Positions 1-8,294 of a stretch of 64,000 nucleotides of DNA are shown here, piece by piece (position 1 is the stretch's first letter; each line of letters opens with the position of its first letter). The notes beneath the pieces were generated by a model. It ran no database searches, was not told where the DNA came from, and worked only from the letters and a program-made list of their open reading frames with translations. Source of the DNA: Candidatus Latescibacterota bacterium (lineage in GTDB: Bacteria; Latescibacterota; UBA2968; UBA8231); contig CBDETY010000003.1 in assembly GCA_965243025.1 (NCBI GenBank), positions 1,184,001 to 1,248,000 on the forward strand, written 5' to 3'. The translations under genes were made by a program, and so were the position numbers.

Positions 1-1592
1 GTGAAGTGCCGGGACAGGTTGAGCCCCCCGTAGGCGTGGCAGATCTCGATCAGGGAGAAGGTTCCCGTCGCCGCGGCCAGCAGCGCCGCCGCCAGCATCG
101 CCGCGAACATCCAGCCCCGCTTGCGCCCCAGCTGCTCGCCGAGCTTCAGGCCGTTGGCGCAGTGCGGCATGGAGAAGTTGAGAATGTCGTTGGCCCACAC
201 CCGGCTGAAAAGCAGCCCCGTCAGGCCCGACGCCCCCAGCGCCCCGGAACCGAGAATCGATACGGTGACGTCCGGGGCGACCATCGGCGGAAAAAGGGTC
301 GCCACCCCTCCCTCGGCGCAGAGACGGGTCAAGGCGACGAAGATGACGAAAACCAGGAACAGGAACAGGGAGATTGCCAGCGGCGGGATACCGGCGAGAT
401 ACAGCCAGCCCGCGATTACGGCAACGCTTGCCGCCAGGGCGGACAACGCCCCCCGGTAGGGGATGATCTCGTCGGAGTCGTCGATCTCCGGGGCGGGGGT
501 GAATGCCTTGCGAACGACCTGCCCGAGGTGCCCCCTCGCCATCCACAACCCCCCCAGGACGAGAACGGCCATCGCCCCGACGCTCTGATGGGCGATGTGG
601 TGGTGGGTGTAGGTCCAGTCGGAGACCGCGGGCATTTTCCCGCCCCAGCCGGAGATGTTGAAGACCCCGACCTGCAGGGTGTTCAGCAGGGAGAAGACCC
701 AGAGGCTGAAGGCGATTTCCCTGTTGACGAGGTAGAAGAACCCGATGGCTCCGAAATGGATGAAGAGCTGCAGCGACGCCCCGCCGAAGACCGGGAGCGA
801 CCGGCTCAGCGCGATCTGGGGCAGGCCCGGGAAATAGGCGTGCAGACCCTGGAAACCGAGCACGGCCACGGGCACGGCGAACCCGAGCCAGACCGGCGCC
901 CTGCGGAAGAACGGCTTCACCGCCCCGTCTCCGTCCTCGATCATCGCGAGCGGCACCTGGATCAACGGGTAAGGCAGGTGTTCGTGCTGCGACCACTGGC
1001 GGCGCAGCATGACCATCAGGCTGAGAGTGCCGGCCTGCACCGCGGCCAGCAGCGGCAGCCAGCACAGGAGGGGAGTCGTCCACACCTTCCAGAGGTCCGT
1101 GCTGTCAACGGCCTCGGCCCCCTCGTACAGGGCGGTCAGCCCCTCGATGTCCCGCGGCGCGATCCATTCGGGAATGTGGGGGTGGAGCAGCTGGAACTGG
1201 TTCTCCGGGGTCGCGTAGTAGAAGGCGCCGCTCAGGATCGGCACGAAGTAGAAGACCAGCGAGAAGGTCGAGTTGGCGAGGACCATCAGGATGTAGACGG
1301 TGATCAGCTCGCCCCGCTGCAGGGCCCAGGCCGGCCGCCACGCCGCGAGGGCGGTGTTGACGATCCCCACGAGGATGAGAAACAGGAAGTGGGCAAGGGG
1401 GTTGATGTAGTACAGCCCCCCCGAGTTGGAGCCCTGCATGTAGAGGGCGATGTAGGGCCCGGCAGCCCCCATGGCCGCGGCGAGCCAGAGCCCGAGGGCG
1501 AGGGATCGCCGCGTCAGCGCCGAGGTCGGGGGGTGCGCCCCTGCGGCCAGGTGGCGCCGATAGCTTTCGGGAACGTCTCTCGATCGCCGCAT
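1..1592 (-). CDS. DUF6785/DUF6784-like polytopic membrane protein (putative peptide/solute transporter); runs off the left edge of the window
   Basis: Absent from the ORF track because the stop is outside the window. Manual translation from ATG at 1592 gives MRRSRDVPESY...TRRSLALGLWL...RGELITVYILM...FYYATPEN...LRRQWSQHEHLPYPLIQVPL, collinear with the paralog at 1713-3683. Confidence 0.8.
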   Translation of the reverse strand, partial: MRRSRDVPESYRRHLAAGAHPPTSALTRRSLALGLWLAAAMGAAGPYIALYMQGSNSGGLYYINPLAHFLFLILVGIVNTALAAWRPAWALQRGELITVYILMVLANSTFSLVFYFVPILSGAFYYATPENQFQLLHPHIPEWIAPRDIEGLTALYEGAEAVDSTDLWKVWTTPLLCWLPLLAAVQAGTLSLMVMLRRQWSQHEHLPYPLIQVPLAMIEDGDGAVKPFFRRAPVWLGFAVPVAVLGFQGLHAYFPGLPQIALSRSLPVFGGASLQLFIHFGAIGFFYLVNREIAFSLWVFSLLNTLQVGVFNISGWGGKMPAVSDWTYTHHHIAHQSVGAMAVLVLGGLWMARGHLGQVVRKAFTPAPEIDDSDEIIPYRGALSALAASVAVIAGWLYLAGIPPLAISLFLFLVFVIFVALTRLCAEGGVATLFPPMVAPDVTVSILGSGALGASGLTGLLFSRVWANDILNFSMPHCANGLKLGEQLGRKRGWMFAAMLAAALLAAATGTFSLIEICHAYGGLNLSRHF

Positions 1593-1712
1593 GGGTCCCT
1601 GACCGTGGTCCGGGCCGGTCGCTTGTTTCAGGAGAGTCGGGGTGCGCTGCGGCGGGGACCGGCCGCTGGGGGAAGGGGCTTCTTCACGGGCTTCCAGAGC
1701 AGGGAAACGGTG

Positions 1713-3683
1713 CTACACCGGAAGGTAATTGCCGATCATGCCCGTAGCCGCGTCGAGGATCCAGAACAGGCCGTAGGTCGCGAACTGCCCGAGGATCATC
1801 CCGAGGAAAAGGGGGCGCAATCTCATGTAGAGACCTACCCCGCCATAGCGCAGCACCGGGGCTTTTATCGCCCAGGCCAGGAAGGCGTTGAAGGCCATCC
1901 AGTTGAAGGCGGAGCTGATCGGGAAACCGATCGGGTGCAGCGGCCACCAGCTCCAGTAGCGGCGCGCCATGAGCAGGCCGCCCATCACGGCGCTGCCGAT
2001 GCCGGTGTGCAGCCAGCCCATCATGTCGGGCCCCGTCGGGGACTTCATGCGCGCCGTGATGTAATCGCCGACGTAGTTGGGAAGCCAGACGAAGTGCGGC
2101 GGGCGCAGATTGACCGCCCCGTGGGTGTAGGAGAGCTGCAGCAGGCTCCACATCGAACCGGCGATGCCGACCAGGATCGCCAGCAGCATGCACCAGAACA
2201 TCAGGCGCCGGCGGCCCTCGACCTGCTCGCCGAGCTTGAGCCCGTTGGCGACGTGGGGCATCGTGAAGTTGAGCAGGTCGTTGGCGAAGATGCGGACGAA
2301 TCCGAGACCGACGAGGCCGGAGGGGCCGTACATGGCGGTGCCGGCCGCCGAGAGGGCGGCGTCCGGAGAGACCAGGGGGGCGTAGATGACGGCGACGCCC
2401 CCCTCGACGATCACGCGCGTCAGCGTGATGTAGACGACGAAGGCGAAAAACAGCACCAGGAGAGTGCCCGGCAGGGGTATCCCGGCGGCGGTCATCCAGT
2501 AGACGATAACCGCCATGCCGAGAATCAGCCCGAGGACCGCTGCCCGGTAGGACATGATCTCGTCCCCGTCGTCGACGTCGGGCGCCCCGGCGATGGCCTT
2601 GCGGAAAACCCGCTTGATATGCTCCCTGCCGACCCAGAAGCCGCCGAGAACCAGGACGATCGAAGCCCCCATGCCCTGGTGCACGAGGCTGTGCAGCCCG
2701 TAGCTCCAGACGCTGACCGCCGGCTCCTGGTCGATCCCCCAACCGATCTCGGTGTAGATCAGCTGCTGAAACTCGTTCAGCAGGGTGAAGACCCACAGCC
2801 CCAGGGAGACTTCCGTCTGGATCAGGAAGAAGAAACCGAGGGTGGCGAAGCTGAACCGCGAGCTGAACAGCGGAAAGGGAATGCTGAAGCTGAGGGAGGG
2901 GATGAACGGGAAGTAGGCGCTGAGACCGTTTACCGAGAGCAGCAGGACCGGCATCGAGAAGCCGACCCACATGACCGGGTTGCGGAAGAACGGCTTGAGG
3001 AGCGAACCGCGGTCGTCGTCCCTGACCATCGCCAGGGGCAGCTGCATCACCGGGTAGATGAGGCGCTCCTTCTCCACCCACTGGCGGCGCAGGATCACCA
3101 TCATGCAGATCATCACCACCTGCAGGGCGATCACCAGCGGCGCCCAGGCGAGCAGCGGGCCGATCCAGACGTCCCAGGGGATCTGCGAAGCGCCCCCGGT
3201 CGAGCCCTCGAAAAACGCCTGAATCGCCACCGGGTCCCTGGGGACCAGCCAGTCCGGGATGTACGGGTGAATCATCTCCGCCCAGTCGTTTTCCGCGGAG
3301 GCGTAGTAGAACGGGCTCGAAACCAGGGGGACCCAGTAGGCGACGAGCCCGGGGACGGAGTTGGCCAGCGCCATCATGATGAACAGGATGACGAGCTCGC
3401 CGCGGTGGAAGACCCAGGAAACCCTGAGCTTTCCGAGGACGACGTTGACGAAGACGATCAGGACGAACAGCGCGAACAGCGCGATCTGGCTGGTGAAGTA
3501 GGCCGAGGCGTTGGACGCCAGCATGTGCAGCGAGATGAAGGGCACCACCGCGCCGACCCCGAAGGAGAGGGCCAGCCCCAGGAGAATGGCGCGCGCGGTA
3601 ATGCCGAGGACCGGCGGGGAGCTGGCCGGGGTGGCGTCTCCGGGGTCTTTCAGGGCCGCGGGCCGGGAGGGAGAAACCGTCAA
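1713..3683 (-). CDS. DUF6785/DUF6784-like polytopic membrane protein (putative peptide/solute transporter)
   Basis: Very hydrophobic ~656 aa with many TM segments. Motifs RRQWxxxERLxYP, WPLHPIG and LRYGG...RPLFLGMILG. Start moved to TTG 3683 because the ORF-track start at 3821 overlaps the upstream gene. Confidence 0.8.
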   Translation of the reverse strand: MTVSPSRPAALKDPGDATPASSPPVLGITARAILLGLALSFGVGAVVPFISLHMLASNASAYFTSQIALFALFVLIVFVNVVLGKLRVSWVFHRGELVILFIMMALANSVPGLVAYWVPLVSSPFYYASAENDWAEMIHPYIPDWLVPRDPVAIQAFFEGSTGGASQIPWDVWIGPLLAWAPLVIALQVVMICMMVILRRQWVEKERLIYPVMQLPLAMVRDDDRGSLLKPFFRNPVMWVGFSMPVLLLSVNGLSAYFPFIPSLSFSIPFPLFSSRFSFATLGFFFLIQTEVSLGLWVFTLLNEFQQLIYTEIGWGIDQEPAVSVWSYGLHSLVHQGMGASIVLVLGGFWVGREHIKRVFRKAIAGAPDVDDGDEIMSYRAAVLGLILGMAVIVYWMTAAGIPLPGTLLVLFFAFVVYITLTRVIVEGGVAVIYAPLVSPDAALSAAGTAMYGPSGLVGLGFVRIFANDLLNFTMPHVANGLKLGEQVEGRRRLMFWCMLLAILVGIAGSMWSLLQLSYTHGAVNLRPPHFVWLPNYVGDYITARMKSPTGPDMMGWLHTGIGSAVMGGLLMARRYWSWWPLHPIGFPISSAFNWMAFNAFLAWAIKAPVLRYGGVGLYMRLRPLFLGMILGQFATYGLFWILDAATGMIGNYLPV

Positions 3684-3738
3684 TCCGCCCTGCCGTCCCC
3701 GGCCCCGGGGGCGCCCTCGAGGTCGATGCCGGTCGGTT

Positions 3739-4524
3739 TCATCCGGCCTTCTGCAACACCCGCCAGCGGTCGTAGAACAGCCGCATCTTCTCCGGCAGGG
3801 CTTCCCTGATGTTGCCGGCAAGGCGCCAGGCGAAGCGTCCGTCGAGCTCCTCGGGGGCCTCGTCGGGACGGTAGATGCGCAGGCCGCCGGTCAGCGTCAG
3901 CCGCCTTGGCAGGTCACGGGGCTGCCGGCCGCGGTGGATGAGGTGGCCGTTCCAGAAGATGCACTCCCCGCTTTTCAGCTCGACCTGCACCTCGCCGCTG
4001 ATGGGAAGGCGGGTGTCGACCACCAGCGCCTGGCGTTCCGCTTCGGTGCGGTAGCGCTTGTGGCTGCCGGGAACCACCCACAGGCAGGGATCGTCGAGCA
4101 GGGCCAGCTGCCACTTGATGCTCCCCATCGGCCGCGTGAGAATCTCCATCTCGCGCTCCCGGGAGACGTCGCGGTCCTTGCCGACGTCCCGGTGCCAGCC
4201 GGTGTCGTACCCGCTGTCGGCGCACCACAGGTGCACGTGGCCGAGCCGCAGCTCATCCCCCAGGAAAGCGCGGACGTAGCGCAACACCGGTTCCGAGATC
4301 AGGTACTCGGCGAAGACCGGCTCGCCGAACTCGGGGGCGATGAGGCCGAAAATGGCGGTTGCATCGGGGTCGTTCCCGGCGACGTCCACCTCCCCCGAGC
4401 GGACCTTGGCCCACACCCGCCCGGCCGCCGCCTGCAGCTCGTCGAGCATGCCGGGCTCGACCGCGTCGTCGGCGACGAAGTACCCCTGATCGAAGTATTG
4501 CTCTTTCGCTTTTTCCACATCCAT
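3739..4524 (-). CDS. Phytanoyl-CoA dioxygenase (PhyH)-family 2OG-Fe(II) oxygenase
   Basis: YFDQGYFV N-terminus, GWHRD (HxD), LWVVPGSH and HLIHRG motifs. Start chosen at MDVEKAKEQ (4524). Confidence 0.85.
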   Translation of the reverse strand: MDVEKAKEQYFDQGYFVADDAVEPGMLDELQAAAGRVWAKVRSGEVDVAGNDPDATAIFGLIAPEFGEPVFAEYLISEPVLRYVRAFLGDELRLGHVHLWCADSGYDTGWHRDVGKDRDVSREREMEILTRPMGSIKWQLALLDDPCLWVVPGSHKRYRTEAERQALVVDTRLPISGEVQVELKSGECIFWNGHLIHRGRQPRDLPRRLTLTGGLRIYRPDEAPEELDGRFAWRLAGNIREALPEKMRLFYDRWRVLQKAG

Positions 4525-4578
4525 CGGGAACGGTTGAACCCGGGAAATCTGCGGTGGTCTCCGGGGGCCGGAAGTTTC

Positions 4579-4606
4579 GCGGAGGGGATCGATCGGATCC
4601 CCCCGC
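4579..4606. terminator. GC-rich hairpin downstream of the ASPIC/UnbV gene (possible terminator or processing site)
   Basis: gcgg-a-ggggatc / gatcg loop / gatcccc-ccgc. No U-tract. Confidence 0.3.
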
Positions 4607-4685
4607 AGTGGGAGGGCTAGTCTGCACAGAAACCCCGGTACGGGCAATTGCCTGGAGCGGGAACCGCCTGTCCCGGAAACCCGGC

Positions 4686-6419
4686 TCAGCCGCCGCCTTC
4701 GACGACGACGATGGTGCGGTTGGCTTCCACGCCGGTCACCCTGTCCTCGAGACCGCTCGGCCAGACGACCACGACTTCGTCCACCGCTGTCCTTCCGCCC
4801 AGTCCGAAGCTGACGCGCAGGTCGCTGTGAGCGAGGTAGCTGTAGCTGCCCCGGACCTCGCGCACCAGGCGGAGATCTCCGGCGGCGATGCGGACGCGGG
4901 CGCCGATGCCGTCGCGGTTGCTGCGGCGGCCGGCCGCCTTGACCTTGAGCCAGTTGTTGCCGCCGCCGCGGTCGTTGCGCAGCAGGTTGGGCCGCTGCCC
5001 GACGTTGCCGACGAGCAGGTCGATATCCCCGTCCTCGTCGAAATCCCCGAAGGCGGTGCCGCGGCTGACCATCGGCGCGGTCACTGCTTCCCCTGCCGCC
5101 GCCGAGACATCCTCGAAACGGACCACACCCGCCGGGTCCGGCCCCAGGTTGCGCAGCAGCTGGTTCGCCTGCCCGTAGGTTCGCGAGCGGTCGAAGCGGG
5201 TGATGTTGTCGAGGACGTGGCCGTTGGCGATGAACAGGTCGAGGAAGCCGTCGTTGTCGTAGTCGAGAAAGCCCAATCCGAACGACAGCGGCCGCAGGGT
5301 CGGCAGCCCGATCCCGGCCGGGTAGGAGAAATGCAGGAAGGTGCCGCTTCCGAGGTTGCGGTACAGGCTGACCGGCTCCTGCTCGAAGTTGGTGACCACG
5401 AGGTCGACGGAGCCGTCGCCGTCGAAATCGCCGGCATCGACCCCCATCCCCGCCTCGCGCTGTCCGTCGAGGCCGTACGCCACCCCGGCGAGGCCGGCGA
5501 CGTCCTCGAAGGAGCCGACGCCGAGGTTGCGGTACAGGAAGTTGCGCGAACCGTCGTTGGCGACGTAGAGGTCGGGCCAGCCGTCGCGGTCGTAGTCGAC
5601 GGCGACGACGCCGAGCCCGCGCCCCTCGATGGAGACGGTGTCGACCATGCCCGAACGGCCGGTGACGTCGGCGAACGCGCCCCCCGCGTCGTTGCGCAGC
5701 AGGCGGTCCTCGGCGCCGGGAAACTGCCCGGGGTCGGGGTAGGCGCTGATTTTTTCCCCTGTTTTCCGGGGCCGTTTTTCCGTCGACTTCAGGTACGGGT
5801 CGAGATCCTCGTCGACCGAAGCGAAATCGAAGTGCACGTAATTGGTGATGTAGAGGTCGAGGTCCCCGTCGTTGTCGTAGTCGAAGAAGGCGCAGCCGGC
5901 GCCCCAGGCGGTGTCCCCCAGGGCGGACTCGGCGGTGACGTCGGCGAATCCGGGACCTTGGTTCCGGAACATTGCGTTGGCCCCGAAGTTCGTCACGTAG
6001 AGGTCGAGGCGGCCGTCGTTGTCGTAGTCGGCAGCGGCGCAGCCCATGCCGTAGCCCCCCGGATCTCCAGCCCCGGCCGCGGCCTCCACCTCGGTGAAGC
6101 GGCCCCCGTCGTTGCCGTAAAGGGCGTTGGCCGGCTCGGAGGCCTGGCTGTATCCGGGCAGCGGGGCGCCGTTGGGGAAGTAGAGGTCGAGGTCGCCGTC
6201 GCCGTCGTAATCGAGGAAGGCGACCCCGCCCCCCATGGTTTCGGGAAAGTACCGGCGCCCGCTCGCACCGGTCTGGTGCACGAACCCGATGCCGGCCCTG
6301 GCGGTTACGTCGACGAAGACAGGAGCCCCCGACCGGTCTGGGGCGGGTTCCCGGTCCCCGCCGGCCGGTGTCTGCAGCAAGACGACCGCGAGGAGCAGGT
6401 GGAAAGCGGGAGACTTCAA
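4686..6419 (-). CDS. CRTAC1-like FG-GAP repeat protein with C-terminal ASPIC/UnbV domain
   Basis: Signal peptide, repeated DYDNDGxLDLYV Ca-binding FG-GAP motifs, and C-terminal NRDGIGARV...GSYSYLAHS..V.FGLG....D.V.V.WPSG. Confidence 0.9.
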   Translation of the reverse strand: MKSPAFHLLLAVVLLQTPAGGDREPAPDRSGAPVFVDVTARAGIGFVHQTGASGRRYFPETMGGGVAFLDYDGDGDLDLYFPNGAPLPGYSQASEPANALYGNDGGRFTEVEAAAGAGDPGGYGMGCAAADYDNDGRLDLYVTNFGANAMFRNQGPGFADVTAESALGDTAWGAGCAFFDYDNDGDLDLYITNYVHFDFASVDEDLDPYLKSTEKRPRKTGEKISAYPDPGQFPGAEDRLLRNDAGGAFADVTGRSGMVDTVSIEGRGLGVVAVDYDRDGWPDLYVANDGSRNFLYRNLGVGSFEDVAGLAGVAYGLDGQREAGMGVDAGDFDGDGSVDLVVTNFEQEPVSLYRNLGSGTFLHFSYPAGIGLPTLRPLSFGLGFLDYDNDGFLDLFIANGHVLDNITRFDRSRTYGQANQLLRNLGPDPAGVVRFEDVSAAAGEAVTAPMVSRGTAFGDFDEDGDIDLLVGNVGQRPNLLRNDRGGGNNWLKVKAAGRRSNRDGIGARVRIAAGDLRLVREVRGSYSYLAHSDLRVSFGLGGRTAVDEVVVVWPSGLEDRVTGVEANRTIVVVEGGG

Positions 6420-6457
6420 CGCCGTGGCCGGGGCGAGAAGGGGAGGGGAAGGAAGAC

Positions 6458-8155
6458 TCAGGCGGCCCTGCTCGCAGCCAGTTTCCCGACGTTGTCGTCG
6501 TACACCCGGACCTTGTCCTCGTTCTCGTAGCGAAGCTCGAGCAGGAACTCGTAGAATACCCGGTTGGCCTTGTCCCGCCTGACCAGGGCGCGCGCTCTCC
6601 GTTCGACCTTGGCGAAGGGCTCGGGATCGGCGCCGATGGTCGAGTCGAGGAGCTCGAAGATCGAATAATGCGGCCCGGCTGCCGACGCCGGCTCCGGTTC
6701 GAGAAGCTCGGAATCCGGGACGGTCAGCTCTACCGGACCGAGCAGATCCCCGGTTTCGGCGCCCCTGGCCGCCACCAGCGCCGGTCCGTACCGGCCTGTC
6801 TCGAAGGGGTGGATGTGGAACTCCCCCTTGCTGATCCGGCCCTGCCGGCGCAGGGTGTGCCGCGCCGCGAGCTCTCCCATGTCGGCGCCCCGCCGGATCT
6901 GGTCGAGGAGAGCCTCGGCCTCGGCTTCGCTCGCCACCAGGATCTCGCGAATGGTTACCGACTCAAGGGGAGTGAACTTTATCGGATTCTCCTCGTAGAA
7001 GCGCCGCGCCTCGGACTCGTCGACGAGCACGTTGGCCGTCGCTTCCCGCCTCACCGCCTGCAGCAGCAGCGACTGTTCGCGGTTCCGGTACCAGGAGACC
7101 ATCTCCTCCTCCCGGTCGATCCCGGCGACCCGCGCCGCCTCGAGAATCAGCAGGCGGGGCTCGACCACCTCCCTGGCGAACCAGTCGAGGATCCGGCGCG
7201 AATCGCCGTACCCCATCTTGATGTATTCGGAGAAGACGAGGAAATCCCCGACCGTGTAGGCCCCTCCGGTGTTTTCGAAGAGCACGGTCTGCCGCTCCTC
7301 GTCGGTGAACGGCTGCCCGGCTACCAGCCGTTCGGCGAGGAGATCGAGAGCGGCCTCGTTGGTCCTCGCCTCCAGTTTCTGTTTCAGCTCGGCGGCCAGC
7401 TCGTTCATGCGAACCGGGATCTTCAGGCCGAACAGCTCCGGTTCGATCAGCGGGCGCACGAGCTCGAACTCGATGTCGCGCTCCTCCGTTACCTGGTAGA
7501 CCCCGTACTGATCGCCGTAGAACACCGGGTCGGAGATCTCACCGGCTTTCAGGGGCCAGACCGCCTCCTGCAGGATTTCCGGCTTGAGCTCGTCCTTGAG
7601 AAGCATTCTGCCGCCCGAAAGGCCGGTCTCTTCGAGGATGGTGCGGGCCGCCAGCTCGTCGAAATCCGCGCCCTGGCGCCAGGCAGCGGCGACGTCCCCG
7701 GCTTCTGCTTCGCTGCGCAGGACGATGCGCCGCACCCGGACTGCGCGGTCCCGCCCGGTCTCCTTCTGCAGCTCCCGGAGCTCATCCTCGGTGTACTCGA
7801 TCCTGTCGTACACCTCGACCTTCAGGAACCGTTTTATGATGCGGTCCGCCCTTTCCTTGGACAGCTTGCCGCGCAGCTGCGGATCCTGGTCGAGGCCGCG
7901 ACGGCGCGCCTCCTGCAGCATCAGCTCCTTGTCGATCAGGGTCTGCAGGTAGTCGAGATACCCGGCGGCCCCCGGCTTTTCGCTCAGGCGGTCTCCGCTC
8001 AGGCGGCTTTCGAAATCCAGCAGGTCGGCGGCGGAAATCTCCACCTCGCCGACGGTGGCGAGCACCGTCTGTTCGTCGATGCCGCCGCAGGCGGCAAGCG
8101 AGGCGCACAGCAGTCCTCCGAGGAGCCCCTGGCGCCTGGGGGTCTTTCGTTCCAC
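6458..8155 (-). CDS. SurA/PrsA-like lipoprotein with two parvulin (PpiC)-like domains
   Basis: Lipobox LAAC. SurA-N-like segment LATVGEVEIS...LIDKELMLQEARRRGLD. Two parvulin-like units (GADFDELAA; GADMGELAARHT). Start GTG 8155. Confidence 0.8.
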   Translation of the reverse strand: MERKTPRRQGLLGGLLCASLAACGGIDEQTVLATVGEVEISAADLLDFESRLSGDRLSEKPGAAGYLDYLQTLIDKELMLQEARRRGLDQDPQLRGKLSKERADRIIKRFLKVEVYDRIEYTEDELRELQKETGRDRAVRVRRIVLRSEAEAGDVAAAWRQGADFDELAARTILEETGLSGGRMLLKDELKPEILQEAVWPLKAGEISDPVFYGDQYGVYQVTEERDIEFELVRPLIEPELFGLKIPVRMNELAAELKQKLEARTNEAALDLLAERLVAGQPFTDEERQTVLFENTGGAYTVGDFLVFSEYIKMGYGDSRRILDWFAREVVEPRLLILEAARVAGIDREEEMVSWYRNREQSLLLQAVRREATANVLVDESEARRFYEENPIKFTPLESVTIREILVASEAEAEALLDQIRRGADMGELAARHTLRRQGRISKGEFHIHPFETGRYGPALVAARGAETGDLLGPVELTVPDSELLEPEPASAAGPHYSIFELLDSTIGADPEPFAKVERRARALVRRDKANRVFYEFLLELRYENEDKVRVYDDNVGKLAASRAA

Positions 8156-8294
8156 GGGTATTCTCACCGTTGTCGAGTGTCCTGTCTTCAGAATCAGATT
8201 GACGAAAATCCCGCCGACGCCAGCGAATGGATCGGCGCGCAAAAAGCGGCGTCCGGGGCCGCAAGGTCCGAGAGATCACCCCGAAACCCCAGGA

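Noticed and set aside
6-3809. 1267-aa plus-strand ORF, and similar long ORFs such as 4359-6530, 8055-10313, 11209-13179, 29059-32565 and 37847-39667
   Set aside because: These are antisense shadows of real genes. High-GC codon bias removes stops on the opposite strand, and the translations have no recognisable motifs.
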